Shown one piece after another: positions 27,685 through 41,503 of a DNA stretch of 64,000 nucleotides; position 1 is the first letter of the stretch; every line of letters begins with the position of its first letter. The position numbers and the translations under genes were made by a program. The notes below the pieces were generated by a model that saw only the letters and a list, made by a program, of their open reading frames with translations, made no database searches and was not told where the DNA came from. Source of the stretch: Eledone cirrhosa (taxonomy: Eukaryota); NCBI GenBank assembly GCA_964016885.1, contig OZ024746.1, positions 94,922,001 to 94,986,000 of the forward strand, read 5' to 3'.

Positions 27685-27940
27685 CACCTCCGATACTATG
27701 GACATGTGATTAGAATGTCTCAGGAAAGAATTTCTGGACAGATTTTACGGGCAAAACCAACCGACAGGAGACCCAGGGGTGGACCCTCGAACAAGATGGT
27801 TGGATAACATCCATGAGCTTGGTTTGTGTTGCTTTGGGATCCAGCCGGGCCAGTTGGGGACAGTTGCTTCTGACAGGACCTGCTGGGGGGGGGGGTCTGA
27901 TGTCTCTGCCCCATGATCTTCTCAGGAATAAGTGGGCGAA
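27685..27940 (+). mobile_element. RTE-like LINE 3' fragment (family of 55130-55880)
   Basis: YYGHVIRMSQERISGQILRAKPTDRRPRG. Confidence 0.7.
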
Positions 27941-28282
27941 GAAGTACTTTATCGTACTTTATCTTCTTCTTCTTCTTCTTCTTCTTGTGAGGGTCGTGGG
28001 CGCAGAGTCCTCAAGCCCCCCCTTCCAGTAGGTCCTATCAGAAGCAACCGTCTCCAACTGGCCCGGCTGTGTCATTGGAACACAACTACTACGTTTGGTG
28101 GTGAATTAAGCTACTAAGTCTGACCCCAGATCTGCGGGTCATCAAGCCGATTCTCATCCCTGTTATCTCGGCGTTAAGCGCCAGTTCTCCAATTGGACAG
28201 GACGACAGTCCATTGCAAGGTTAACTCCCATCTACTTCTGGAAGTCATATTCAGCTTAAAGTAATCTAGCAACGTGAAATTA

Positions 28283-28823
28283 CTCTCGGATCTTGAATAA
28301 TCGCCCCCCTCCCGCTTATTACCGTATTTCCCGGCGTCGAAAAAGTCTTAAAAATCTACCAAGCGTCTTGGAGGCCGAAGGTTGTTTATTTTTTATCAAA
28401 TTTTTGGTTGTCAAAATTAGGGTGCGTTCTCGAGGACGAAGCGTCTTCGGCGCCGGTTAATACGGTAATTTTTCAGATTCCTCCCCCTCGCTTTTATTCC
28501 ATGCCCAAACCTACCCGTACTTATTAAATTTTGCTAATCTATCTCCGGCGAAATTTTATTGTAAGTGATTCATATTGATACAGTAGCTGGAGAATCTAAT
28601 AATTATTTTATTTTTCATTAGAAAAACATTATATATGACAAAAACAGAACATTGCAAGAAATCCCATATTTACGAATGTATACCAAAATAATTACCGACC
28701 GACCTCCCCCCCCCCCCCCCCCCCGTTTATTCCAACCCCTAGCTTATAAGAATTTAAGAAAATGTTCACCCCCACCCTACGCCACTTATTCGACCCCACC
28801 CCCTATTATTTGGGACCCGAGAG
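28283..28823. mobile_element. MITE with CTCTCGG TIRs (TA-flanked, Tc1/mariner-like) carrying a nested MITE
   Basis: tactctcggatcttgaataat / attatttgggacccgagag. Related copies at 29440-29830, 51986-53117, 56150-56290 and 60171-60310. Confidence 0.7.
28322..28465. mobile_element. pogo/Tc2-like MITE (CCGTATT TIR, TA TSD)
   Basis: TA-ccgtatttcccggcgtcgaa ... ttcggcgccggttaatacgg-TA. The empty site is visible in the host copy near 52030. Confidence 0.8.
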
Positions 28824-29070
28824 TGTTTTGCTCAAGAGCATTATGATCATAAGTCCAACATTCTAACCACTTACTTGATTAAATCGAATAAGTGACAATA
28901 TTACTGCTTCTTACTTTATAACCACCGGAATAATGGTTTCTAATTTAACCACAAGACATCAGAAGTCTCCGAATTGCATTTTATTTTTTATGTTAATTTT
29001 TTCTTATTTCCTCTCCGCGTTCCACTGGAATAATCTGAAAGCCAGTGACATCGGTAAAGATGTTCTTTAA

Positions 29071-29303
29071 CCCTTTCATGGTTGCATTTCTAATGAAATA
29101 CACTCTATTTTAATTAATTAATGAAGAATTTTGTGGGATTTACTAAAATTATTAATTATTTCATTACTAAGATAGTAACTTAATGTAAGGTTCTTATATA
29201 AAATTATATTGGAAGATTTTACTATAAATTAGAAACCTTTAAAATGGGTGGTTTTATTTCATTAAAGCCAGAGTTGGTTTTGGCCGGGTTGATAACTGAA
29301 GGG
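29071..29303. mobile_element. Possible piggyBac-like MITE
   Basis: ttaa-CCCTT ... AAGGG-ttca. TIRs are imperfect. Confidence 0.3.
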
Positions 29304-29439
29304 TTCAAGTGCTACAGCTGTATTTTAAAACTGTGATTTATATAGCAGCCATCTGTTGGCTTATTTCAGCAAAATAAAGACATCTGTTGACAGCTAAATA
29401 AGTAATTTTGCCATAGTTATTACATATTGTCATTGCACT

Positions 29440-29830
29440 TACTCTCGAGTCCCAAATAATAGGAAGCGAGAGGAAGTTGGAATAAGCGGGGATGGTGGGG
29501 ATAAGCGGGGTGAGGGGAAAATCGGTAATTTTTCTAGGCTGTCTCCATTGATTTTTTTAAAAGACAAGAATTAGACGTTTAGTTTACATATTGAGATCCG
29601 AACCCATCCTATTTATTTTATAACGTATGGAATTTCTAGTAAAGTACATTTTTTGTCATGTATAATGTTTTTTAATGTATAAAGAAAAAGAAAAGAAAAT
29701 TTCGCCAGATGATAGATTATCAAAATTTAATAAGCGGGGTGGGCTTGGGTTGGGTTGGGTTGGAAAAAATTTGAAAAATTAATAAGTACGCAGGGATCGG
29801 GTGAGACGATTATTCGAGACCCAAGAATGC
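29440..29830. mobile_element. CTCTCGG-TIR MITE, inverted relative to 28283
   Basis: tactctcgagtcccaaataatagg ... attattcgagacccaagaa. Confidence 0.65.
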
Positions 29831-30286
29831 GTCTAAAAATAAGAAAAAGAAAAAAAAAGCATACCACATTGAAAAGGTGATCTCCCTTAGACATAGATCA
29901 TAACATCACACTTTACTTTAGCAGAAATGTATCCATGTATAACGAACATGGAAACAGAGAGATAGATAAATCAGTGACATTGTGATATAAGGAGATGCTC
30001 TGTCTTTATCGCCATCAAAAACTCTTCTCACTGACGTAAATAATCTACAGAAGTACTTTACGTGTAAAAATAATTCTGACATTATATTTACATCTGCTGT
30101 TATCTTTGCTATTTTGGAGATCTATTCTTGGGATCTTTATTTATCGAAATGCTTCTTGAATATAATATATCCTTGATCATAGTTCTCCAACTTCTTTTCC
30201 GGTTTAGCAGACATGGCGGCTAGTGTTCAATGGAACCATTATATCCCGGTTTCTATCAGTTTGATTCACAGCATATCTGTCTGCAA

Positions 30287-30345
<59 letters not shown>

Positions 30346-30399
30346 GACACACACATATATATATGTGTGTATGTGTGTGTGTGTGTGTGTCTGTGCATG

Positions 30400-30453
<54 letters not shown>

Positions 30454-30587
30454 GGAACTGGCTGTTGAAACGGCAAGAACTCAGCCGTCGGGGACCCGAC
30501 CCTTTATAATATAATCATACTTTACTACCCCAAGTATCAAGCACTCTCGTGAGTAGTGGTCTAATCAGTTTCAAACTGAATCCATCC

Positions 30588-30655
<68 letters not shown>

Positions 30656-31052
30656 GTTAACGAGGTATCGTTTAAGGCAATCCAAGTTGAGGTTATGATG
30701 AATTCTATCTATGAAGGATAGTTCTAACGTCCGGCGTTGTTTCACTCAAGATCTTTACTTAGTTGTGGTGTTCGGGTGGCCGATTCCAAACAGTTCCTAG
30801 GTAAGCGGTTCCTGGAGTGAAGAATAACACGGATCAACTATACAGTAGGGTTTATTCCAAGTATTAACAAATGTTTCATTAGTCCGGTTTGTCTAAAAAC
30901 CGCTAGCCGCAGGGTGCCGCGACACTCGATTTTAATTACAGTTTACACCAACCAAATTCTCAAAATACTGAATTATATATAAATTATATATATATATATA
31001 TAATAATAATACTATTTATAGTTATGTATTTATATTTATTTATTTATTTATT

Positions 31053-31161
<109 letters not shown>

Positions 31162-31200
31162 AGTAAGTCAAACATGTTAAAGTTGGCTCCGTTTATTATA

Positions 31201-31265
31201 ATTCTCTGCTATATACATTTCAGTGACATCCATTATTGGCTGTGGCTTCATCAGGCAGTACGAAT
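31201..31265 (-). ncRNA. Type I hammerhead ribozyme motif
   Basis: AUUCguaCUGC-CUGAUGA-AGccACAgCCA(auaa)UGGaUGUcaCU-GAAA-UGUAUA-UA^-GCAGaGAAU. Confidence 0.65.
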
Positions 31266-31349
31266 TAATGTAGAAAACACAGGTAAACATGGTGTTGAAA
31301 GGTGTTCCACTCTGTCAATTCATCGATATGTCCAGCTCCTGGGTCCTGG

Positions 31350-31930
31350 GTGTGTTGTTAGTCTTCCGAGGAAATATATGCCACATAGGTCGCAAGAGCA
31401 AGAGTTTATGTAGAGTCTTGAAGGTATCAAGGCCCGTTGCTTCGTCCCTGTTCAGTCAACACGCATTTTCTCTATGCGACTGGATTCAAAGCTCTCCATC
31501 GCACTATGGCGCCTCTCTCTCCAGTCCTTTCTGTCAGCAGCAATTCGTTCGCAATCACGGAAAGGGATTGCAAGAGCAGTAAGATTTGATTTCAACTTAT
31601 CTTTACATAACACCTGTTGCTGTGCTAAGCTGACTTTTGGAATTCTGTTGTCACTCATGCGGATGACATGGCCAGCCCAACGAAGCTGATATTGCATAAG
31701 GAAAGTTTCAATTCCACCAATGTTGCATTTGGTTAGGATGTCGGCGTTGGAGACATCAAAAGAATCTGAGATCCCTCCGTCGGATTGAACCACAGCTTTC
31801 ATCTTCTCGTGGAAAGAAATGATGATGTTGAGCATTTCGTCAGGTATAAGTTTCTTAAGAACATCCCAGAGAGCTGTTCTATTTACTGTATCGAAAACCT
31901 TCGTAAGGTCTAGAAAAACCTTGTACAGCT
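31350..31930 (-). mobile_element. RTE-like LINE RT and C-terminal fragment, internally deleted
   Basis: FLDLTKVFDTVNR..LW; QLRWAGHVIRMSDNRIPK. Confidence 0.8.
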
Positions 31931-32135
31931 TTCCTGACATCTCCTTCGAATGAAACAGTTCTAGTCCTGTAGAAGCCATTTCTACATTAGATTTTGTTAT
32001 ATATATATATTTATATATATATATATATGTGTGTGCGTTTGTGCGTATGTAAAAGGTAAACAGAAATAACAACACACTCGGTACAGTATATGGAAGGAAT
32101 ATATGAGGTTGTCGTTTGATATAGCAGGAAGAGGG

Positions 32136-32171
32136 TCTTAACGTTTCGGACGCTAGTCCTTCATCAGAAGA
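32136..32171 (-). ncRNA. Ultra-minimal type I hammerhead (dimer-type)
   Basis: UCUU-CUGAUGA-A-GGAC(uagc)GUCC-GAAA-CG-UU^-AAGA. Stem III is only the ACGU palindrome. Confidence 0.7.
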
Positions 32172-32276
32172 AAGAATGAGAAATTAGAAAGATTGAAGAG
32201 ACAGGCGGGGTGGAATTGGAAAAAAATGTTGTTAGAGAAAAATAACAGGTCCATTCATGTTGCCATTTCTTATATA

Positions 32277-32477
32277 TCTATATATATAAAGTGAAGTTGG
32301 GTTTTGTTTGTTTGTTTGGTGTCCCGAACTTGCAGGCTACACCGTTCGTCCGATTGTCATGAAACTTGACACATATATAAAACTCGACCCGTAGATTGGA
32401 ATAGGCTACGATAATCGAGCCCTCAGAAGCCAAAAATCGATATTTTCAAAAATCGTCTGATTTCGATGAAACTCGAC
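32277..32477 (+). mobile_element. Non-autonomous Helitron-like 5' end
   Basis: TCTATATATATAAAG start, (tttg)n, and ccgattgtcatgaaacttgacac motif recurring as ctgatttcgatgaaactcgac. Confidence 0.45.
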
Positions 32478-32832
32478 GCAGTCCTGGTTGTTGAGGGCCT
32501 TCCGCTCCTGGGGTCATCTTCCACATCCTCGTGTCCTTCTTTAAACTCTCCATACACTTACTGCAGCAATCCCAGTGCTTCTGACGGAGTTTTCCCCAAC
32601 CGTACCAGAAACTTCAAGTGTGTTCGTTGCTCCGTGCTCATTGCTTGACGACCTGAAACAGAGGACATGTATATAAAATTATGAAGAAAAAAGTTTGATC
32701 GCTGCAGAGAGCTAAGATTACAGTTACATACTCCAGGGGGATTACTTTGAAGAAGAAAACTCTTAGTGTGAAGTTTGGGTTTGAAATAAATCTTTTGTGA
32801 CATCAGTCCTGGAACTTTTCTGACATACCTCG
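32478..32832 (-). mobile_element. Rearranged mariner remnant
   Basis: Minus strand: MSTEQRTHLKFLVRLGKTPSEA..VYG..FKEGHEDVEDDPRSGRPST. TIR TA-cgaggtatgtcagaaaagttccagg. Plus strand GDYFEEENS* at 32737-32766. Confidence 0.8.
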
Positions 32833-33262
32833 TATATATATATATATATATATATATAGTACAGATTAAAAGTTTAAGCAACAAATTCACCCTAAGCAGG
32901 ATCATCTCAGCTTTAGATGATCCCGTTTAGGGTGAAAGCAGTAATTTATTGCTTAAACTTTTAATCTGTACAAATAATAAATATTTACTCTTCGGGTTTA
33001 ACATCATCATCATCGTTTAACGTCCTTTTTCCACGTTAGCATGGGTTAGACGGGTTGTCCCGTTTGAGGCAAGTTGAGTCAGGTGACCGTGCCTTGCTCA
33101 TACAGAACTGTTTCTGACTAGATTTCTACGGCTGGATGCCCTCCCTAACACCAACCACATTTACAGTGTGCACTCGGTACTTTTTGTCTTATACACTTAT
33201 ATATATATACAACCCTTATAGAGTCCTCTTTGGATTTTGGTTTTTGTATTTACTATTACTAT

Positions 33263-33948
<686 letters not shown>

Positions 33949-34042
33949 GTGTGTGTGTGTGTAGGTAGGTATGCATAACGATTGTGTTGTTATTTCTGTT
34001 TACCTTATATATATATATATATATATATAATCTATTATTTTA

Positions 34043-34355
<313 letters not shown>

Positions 34356-34408
34356 TAGACATGTATAGTTGTTATTTTGTTTTGTACTCGTTATTAATTA
34401 GATTGTTC

Positions 34409-34900
34409 TTAAAGTTGGAGAGTTTGAATATATTCTAAACTGTCAATTGGCCTGTCAGCCATCAGCAAATCAGCTGCCGTTCCAGTTGTTACACAGAGCA
34501 GTACATTCTTGAGATGAACGTGGCAATATTCTAAAAATATGTTGTACAGGTAAGTTTTACCTGAACAACCAGGGTCATCAAAGAAACTGAGTCTCCGTTC
34601 TGCATCATTATCATCTAAATTGTTTATGATCTTATCAAATGTAGGACGTCGCAGCTCATTTAAATTATGCATTTTACATGAACGCCATTCTGTAGGTGAA
34701 TATCATTAATATTATTACTAAAAATTGGCGTCTATTCAGCTAATCCAAAGTCATGGCATCGTAGTCTATGAATAATGAATGTTTGCTGAATAGCAGAATA
34801 TCAAATAGTGCACCATTGCCAGCTTCTGCGTTTGTTTATTCTCTTTGCTATGAATCAAACGCTGCTGAAACTGCTAGAATAGCGACAATGTTTTACCCGG
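34409..34900 (-). mobile_element. Helitron PIF1-like helicase fragment (pseudogenised)
   Basis: LNELRRPTFDKII..LSFFDDPGCSGKTYLY..VLLCVTTGTAADLL matches PIF1 motifs I and Ia (FFLDGPGGTGKT; ASTGIAA). Confidence 0.75.
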
Positions 34901-34911
34901 TCTATTTAAAG

Positions 34912-35059
34912 CAGCCCTGGGCAAACTGCGACCCGTTTGGGCTTTCTGAATGGCACGCCTAATTTCAAAACTGCCTTGAATTTTTTTAGTAGTGCGGCCA
35001 ATATTATGATGAGCCACATCTTATGTGGCCCACTGCCCGACAAAGGTTGCCCATGCCTG
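34912..35059. mobile_element. Short hAT MITE
   Basis: TIRs cagccctgggcaa / ttgcccatgcctg. TSD atttaaag/atttagag. Confidence 0.75.
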
Positions 35060-35299
35060 ATTTAGAGCATGTACGAGATCTGTCAAAAAAGTGTTCGACT
35101 GTTTTGTTTCTTGTTTTTTTGTTGTTTTCTTTTTTCTTGTGTGTTTTCTTTTTTCTTGTGTGAAGTGATCATAACTTTAAGTGTGCAGAATGAACCCGTT
35201 TCGTTTTGGCTATCTCGTTCGATGCATCAGTCGCTGTGAAGCAACTAGCCTTTGAGGTGCTCCACTACTTTACTCGTCGCATTTTCATTTTGCTAGTGA

Positions 35300-35530
35300 T
35301 GACGCGTGGTTTAGTGGTAATGGTGTTGGACTTACGATCATAATGTCTTGGGTTCGATTCCTGGGCTGGGATGTGTGTTGTATTCTTGAGCAAAACACCT
35401 CATTTCACGTTACTCCAGTATACTCAGCTGAAAATGAGTACCAGCAATAGCTGGAGGTTCGACCCTGCGATGGACTGGCATCCTGTCCAGGGGGAAGTCT
35501 TGTGCTCTCAGTCGCTTCATGTCACGGAAA
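35300..35530 (+). mobile_element. CORE-type SINE (family B variant)
   Basis: gtggtttagtgg A-box, ggttcgattcc B-box, ttcttgagcaaaacac core. Confidence 0.75.
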
Positions 35531-36305
35531 TCTCATGCCTCCGACCTCAAGACAGATTTCTTTAGAGTGATGACAGAATGATCTTGCATCATGTTTTGCA
35601 AAAGGCTTGACAATACTTAAGCAGAAAAAATTCGCAAAATTCTTTTAGTGATAATAGCATGGGTTCCAAATAAGGTCGCTAGGTGTGTCAGCCGCTACAA
35701 TGCAAATGTTTCAGTGAACTAGTAAGGTTAAGTTCCAAGTAAACAATTTCTAACAACGACTGGACATAATATAATCAAATTCCCATTGTCACTGTCTCCG
35801 TCTTTCTCGATCTCCCCATCACTAACAATTGCAGGCCCACGCTGGGGTTGAATTTCCTTTCGTTCAAAATTGTTGGCCTTGTGTCTAAATCAGAAACCCT
35901 TATTTAATCAATTTCTGTTTTCCGTTACTACTTTGTGAATGCTGTGAATAAACATCGCCATTAATGTGAGTCTTAAATGCCTGTGGCGCCTTTTATTTGC
36001 AATAATGATAATCTCAAGTAAAATTTCAGCTTCCCTGAATGTACTCCATACATTCTAGGAATTATTTTACCGCTTTCGTGATTCTCTGTTTCCATGCTGT
36101 GGTTCTTTTGTCAAATATATAATGCCAAGGAATTTCACATTAGAAGCACTGATAGATTCGTTTGTTTCATTTAATCACACCCTTACTGTAAGCAACATAA
36201 TCTAGTTTGGGGCATTTAAATACCTTCGTGAAAGTAAAATGGCTGCCAATATATTTACGATTGACCGGGAAATTAATCACAATATGTGATGTACTAAAAA
36301 TACTA

Positions 36306-36416
<111 letters not shown>

Positions 36417-36669
36417 GTTGATAGTTTCGAAAGTCGTTGTTCTCGAAACTCTCTAATACGTATGTTAATCCTTGCCACTTTAACAAAAACACAAAAAGAT
36501 TTGGGACATTTCTATCAGACAAAAATACAAACCCCATTGCGTTGGAAAGATTCTGTTACGGATAACTTAATTCGTGGTTGAACCCAGACTCAACAGTTTT
36601 CAGCCTATAAACGGATTGGATTTTCCCCAGTGTATTTAAATGCATAACTACACACGCTCCTCTTTGGGC

Positions 36670-36890
36670 TTCGATACTCTGGTGGGTATGTGGTTAAAAT
36701 ATCTCAGGAAAGATCGCTGGACAGATTTTACGGACAAACCCAACCGGCAGAATACCCAGGGGAAGACCTCGAGCAAGATGGTTGGATAACATCCATGAGC
36801 TTGACTGGTCTCGCTGGATCCAGCCGGATCAGTTAGAGACGGTTGCTTCTCACAGGACCTGCTAGAAGGAGTATTTGACCATTCTTCCTC
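36670..36890 (+). mobile_element. RTE-like LINE 3' fragment
   Basis: Matches 27685-27940 and the reverse complement of 55130-55350. Confidence 0.7.
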
Positions 36891-37073
36891 CACAAGCAAA
36901 GAAGATTTTATTTTTTACGAAGGCTGTCTATAACACCCCTTCATAGACAACAACTACACCAAAGCATTTCGCACATATATTTATATATATATTTATATAT
37001 AAGTATTGAAGTTTCTGTTGAAAATTGAAAAAGTCATAGGAGTGAAGAGTGCTCTATGTAAGTACCAGAGCTA

Positions 37074-37151
37074 AATTGCCTTGTCTGATGAACGAATGAG
37101 GACGTTTTTCGTATTCGTCTTATTCGGGAAACCTCTGGTAATGAGGTAATT
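37074..37151 (+). ncRNA. Type I hammerhead ribozyme motif (best-formed copy)
   Basis: AAUUGCCUUGU-CUGAUGA-a-CGAAUGAgGACG(11 nt)CGUCUUAUUCG-g-GAAA-CC(ucu)GG-UA^-AUGAGGUAAUU. 11-bp stem I including G-U pairs. Predicted cut after 37140. Confidence 0.8.
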
Positions 37152-37170
37152 ATATTGTATTGTTTATTAT

Positions 37171-37245
<75 letters not shown>

Positions 37246-37350
37246 ATTACTCTGGGGTACTATCCCCATCCGAGTGCTAAAGCTACATACCGAATTTGCA
37301 TTTGTTAGCTTGACCGCAAACTAAAGCTTCGTTAATGCTGTACTAAAATT

Positions 37351-37417
<67 letters not shown>

Positions 37418-37549
37418 AAAAGAAGAATAACACGCATTCACTTATCTCTATTTTCATTATATTGAAGTATCGAGCGATCATGGGACAGAGCAAATGCTAC
37501 ATATGAAAACTCTACAGCATTATATTTATTACATGATATAATTGGAATG

Positions 37550-37603
<54 letters not shown>

Positions 37604-38098
37604 GAATAAACATTGATGTCTCCTGTCGAGACGAGGTGAGAGTATATTTTAAAATTCATATAAAAGTGAGAAACCTCGGCGCCAGAACACCTATTAAAAC
37701 AGCCAAATGCTGTCAAATACAGCGATGGGCAAACATGCCTCAGGACAGAGACCAGCAGTCAGCGGCGAACCACTTCACGAGGTGGGCGAAAGGCAGATGA
37801 AACAGAAAAGATTGAAAGGGGATCAGGGCAATATCTATTTATGTAAGTCATTAGAACGTCGGAAAGAATGCTTTATGGTATTCGTTAAGGCTCTCTGCTC
37901 TCTGAGTTGAAATCCTGTCGAGGGTCAATAAAACATGGCCGTGGTGTCGGCAAATAAACAGGCAACCTAACCAAGTCTACTTAGTTGGGTGTGTGATTTT
38001 TCGACATCCGGTAGAATGAAAAATAAAACCGAAGTGTGGATGAATTCATGGGAGTCAACTGCTATTCAATAGTGTGTAAATATGTATTTATGCGCGCG

Positions 38099-38250
<152 letters not shown>

Positions 38251-38427
38251 GAGATTTATATAATTATGTCTCTTATAAAATAATACTGCCGATTATCCAC
38301 ACAATACAATATAGTTAGCACCCCAAACGTATATTTGGGAATATACTTAGGTATTTCCTAATGTTTGTTGAGTGAGATGGAAATTGGTCAGAGTATCGCT
38401 AATGGCTTTCTCTGTTAATGTATTATG

Positions 38428-38520
<93 letters not shown>

Positions 38521-38967
38521 AGTATATATGTACGTATTATATAGAAATCGCTTCTACAGGACTAGAAATGTTTCATCAAATTAAATAGTTCTAGTCCTAT
38601 TTCTGTATACAATAAAGATGATTATGCTCTACCAACGTATTGAGTACCTTTTTTAACAGTAATCACCTCCCGACCTCCTTTGGGAATCTACTTATTATTT
38701 ATATATATATATACATGTGTGTGTGTGTGTATGTGTGGTGTGTGTGAGTCTGCCTGTGTATGTGTATGTGTGTGTGTGTGTGTGTGTGCATGTGTATGTG
38801 TGTGCGCATTTGTATGTGTGTGTGTGTGTGTGTGTAGTAGTAGTAGAAAAGGAAGGACATTCTTTGGTACAGTAAGACATTTGATAAAGGAGAGAATGCC
38901 TTCACTGGTGGTTGTTATTCTTTAATAGTTCGAATCTTTATTGTAAGACGTTATTGATATTAGTTCA

Positions 38968-39155
38968 GGGCGGTGGATTGGCAGTATCGGTAGAGGGTCG
39001 GACGCCATGCTTTCCAGCATAGTTACGTCCCTTTGCGGTCTGAGTTCAAATCCCGCCGAGGTTAACTTTGCCTTTCATCCTTACGGGGTCGATAAAATAA
39101 AGTACCAGTAATGTACTGGGTAATTGATGGCCTTGTGCCAAAAGTAGAAACAGTT
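38968..39155 (+). mobile_element. SINE family A, full length
   Basis: Complete head (gggcggtggattggcag) to tail. Flanked by a duplicated gttattgatattagttc (TSD-like). Confidence 0.9.
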
Positions 39156-39376
39156 ATTGATATTAGTTCTGGTAACTCCTTGTTAACTTCGATGGAGAAC
39201 TTTAAGTCCTTGTTAACTTTCTGGGGAGTTTTCTCGCATTCGGTGGCGATTGCCAAACTGGTCTATTGTGGTATGTTGATGATGTATATATACATATATA
39301 GATAAGGGGGGATGGGTATACGGGAGTAGAGCGGTTCTACTTCTTTTCGTGTCCACAAGAGTGTCTGTTAAAAAGC

Positions 39377-39942
39377 TTGGCTAGATGTGGTTCCAGCACA
39401 ACCGAACACATTGCTGTCAGGGTCAAGATAGGAGCGTGGTCATCTTACAACAAGATGGAACGAGTGTGGTGTTCAAATCTTTCCAACCACACCAAGATCA
39501 GACTCTTCCATGTAACAATTCAACCAATCTTGCTATATGGATGTGAAACATGGACGCTTTCATCCAAACAACAAAAGCACCTTGATGGTACTTACACTAC
39601 TACTACCTTGATGGTACTTACACTCGCCTGCTTCAACGCATTCAGAACATAAGCTGGTGACATCTGACTTTGAGAGAGATATATGCCGGCCTCCCACGCA
39701 TATCTGTCGTACGTAAAAGGGAAGTAAGAATTGCTGGCCACTGCCATCGTGCCATCTATGAGGCTGTGTCCCCATTAGTGCTTTGGAAACCACAATCAGT
39801 CACTACTAACAGGGGGCGTAAGCTCTCCAATCCCGATGTCATCTCCAGAGATTCTGCTATTGAAATCCAGGACTTGGCAACGGCAAAGAACGAGAGACCC
39901 ACGTGGAGATCAATTGTTGAGTCCATTTCGGCTGAGGCCACG

Positions 39943-39974
<32 letters not shown>

Positions 39975-39975
39975 G
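39377..39975 (+). mobile_element. RTE-like LINE 3' fragment with (GAT)n tail
   Basis: TKIRLF..ILLYGCETW; RIAGHCHR..LVLWKP; tail gatgatgat. Confidence 0.8.
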
Positions 39976-40726
39976 ATAATATCGACAAGATCAACTAGAT
40001 CAACTAGATATTACTAATCTTATGACCACAAGCAACAGTAGAGCGGTGAAATTGTATGTACAAATGAAGAAGAGTAAAGCAAAAGTGAGCACATGATAGA
40101 AAAGTGAAAACGGAGACGAAAACGTGATCGAGTGAGAATGATATGGGGGTGGTGGTTGTTGTGATGGTAAGATAGGGTTGAATGGCATCCAGCACAAGAA
40201 AACCTCCAATATCATTGCCCGGGCTTATGCCTTGGTGGAGGTGGGGACTTTCTAGGGGTAAATCCCATGGTAATTCGTGATCGAAAAAAGCCTTTCAGTA
40301 AATGCAGATGAAGGAAGAATTATTTTAATTAAAACTTACGTTGTTTTTAGTTTCACTCCATTTTGCTTTGTTTTTTCTTGTTCCTAGGTTAATGATTTCG
40401 AGCATCTACAAAGTGGTCCTTGTGCCGTACCAGCGTTTGTCACTATAAAATCGTATTCGTAGACACTTTTCACGCCCAATTCAATTCTCTTAGCCCCACC
40501 CCATCCAGTGCAAATCAGGATAGATACTTCTTGGAGTTCTATAGGGAGGATGGATCTTTTATTGCGGAGATCGATGTATCACGTGCGTCTGCGACCTCAA
40601 AATACTGCCATTCCAGAGCTTCGTCTTATAGAAAGCGTGATATATTTCAGTGCAGATTAAATGATAAAGTAGAAAATCAAACTTTCCAGTTGTTGTCTTC
40701 CTGTTTCTTCTACAACAGTTACAACG

Positions 40727-41165
40727 GTACGCGATGGGGCCCACCCACAGCCCCGGCGGACAGAATGGAGAAGGCGTTTCCCCGGAGGACGGCAAGGGAG
40801 ACGCGCTGGAAAAGCCACTCCAACTCGCGGGGCTCACACCTGCGGCTGGCCAGCTCTGCGCCTATTGTGGTGAGTAAGGAGGTAGCCCTGAGGCCGAGGA
40901 TACCAGAAGTCTCCACTGCCAGGGGTACGACCGCAAACCTGTCGGAGAGTGACCGGTATTTGAGGAGTCTGGCCCCCTCAGCCCGACGTGCAGCAGAACC
41001 TGGGTCAGTCGCAGACTGCACCAGGTTGCGGCTGCAGAAAGTGTTGGTGAAAGTGGCATCCCAGACGAGGGGTTTGCCACCGCGGAACGGGAAGATGGTC
41101 ATGCCATCTGGCCTTTTGCCGTCCCCTCGATCCAGCCCCACCGGCTCGAGCTGGGAAGGGAGCCT
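40727..41165 (-). mobile_element. CRE-clade restriction-like endonuclease domain fragment
   Basis: EPVGLDRGDGKRPDGMTIFP..WDAT..AE..KY..PLAVETSG..FQRVSLAVLRGNA. Frame open across the fragment. Confidence 0.85.
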
Positions 41166-41335
41166 GCAGATAGCTGTCATAATTCTTCGATTGCCAGACA
41201 AACCCTAGTGTCCCTAGATCCCAATGTTCGCTTCAGGAATTTCGAGGATAGGCGCTAGTCTAGTATATCGATTCCAGTTCTTGACTGGTAGTTTATTTTA
41301 TCGACTCTGGAATAATTAAAAGCAAAATAGACCCC

Positions 41336-41503
<168 letters not shown>

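Noticed and set aside
34409-34672. Host PIF1 helicase gene
   Set aside because: Walker A is degenerate, the fragment is short with upstream stops and no splice signals, and it is more consistent with a Helitron relic.
40420-41208. 262-aa + strand ORF as a gene
   Set aside because: Its 3' half is the antisense of the CRE fragment. The 5' half has a stop between the nearby acceptor and the ORF and no recognisable motif.
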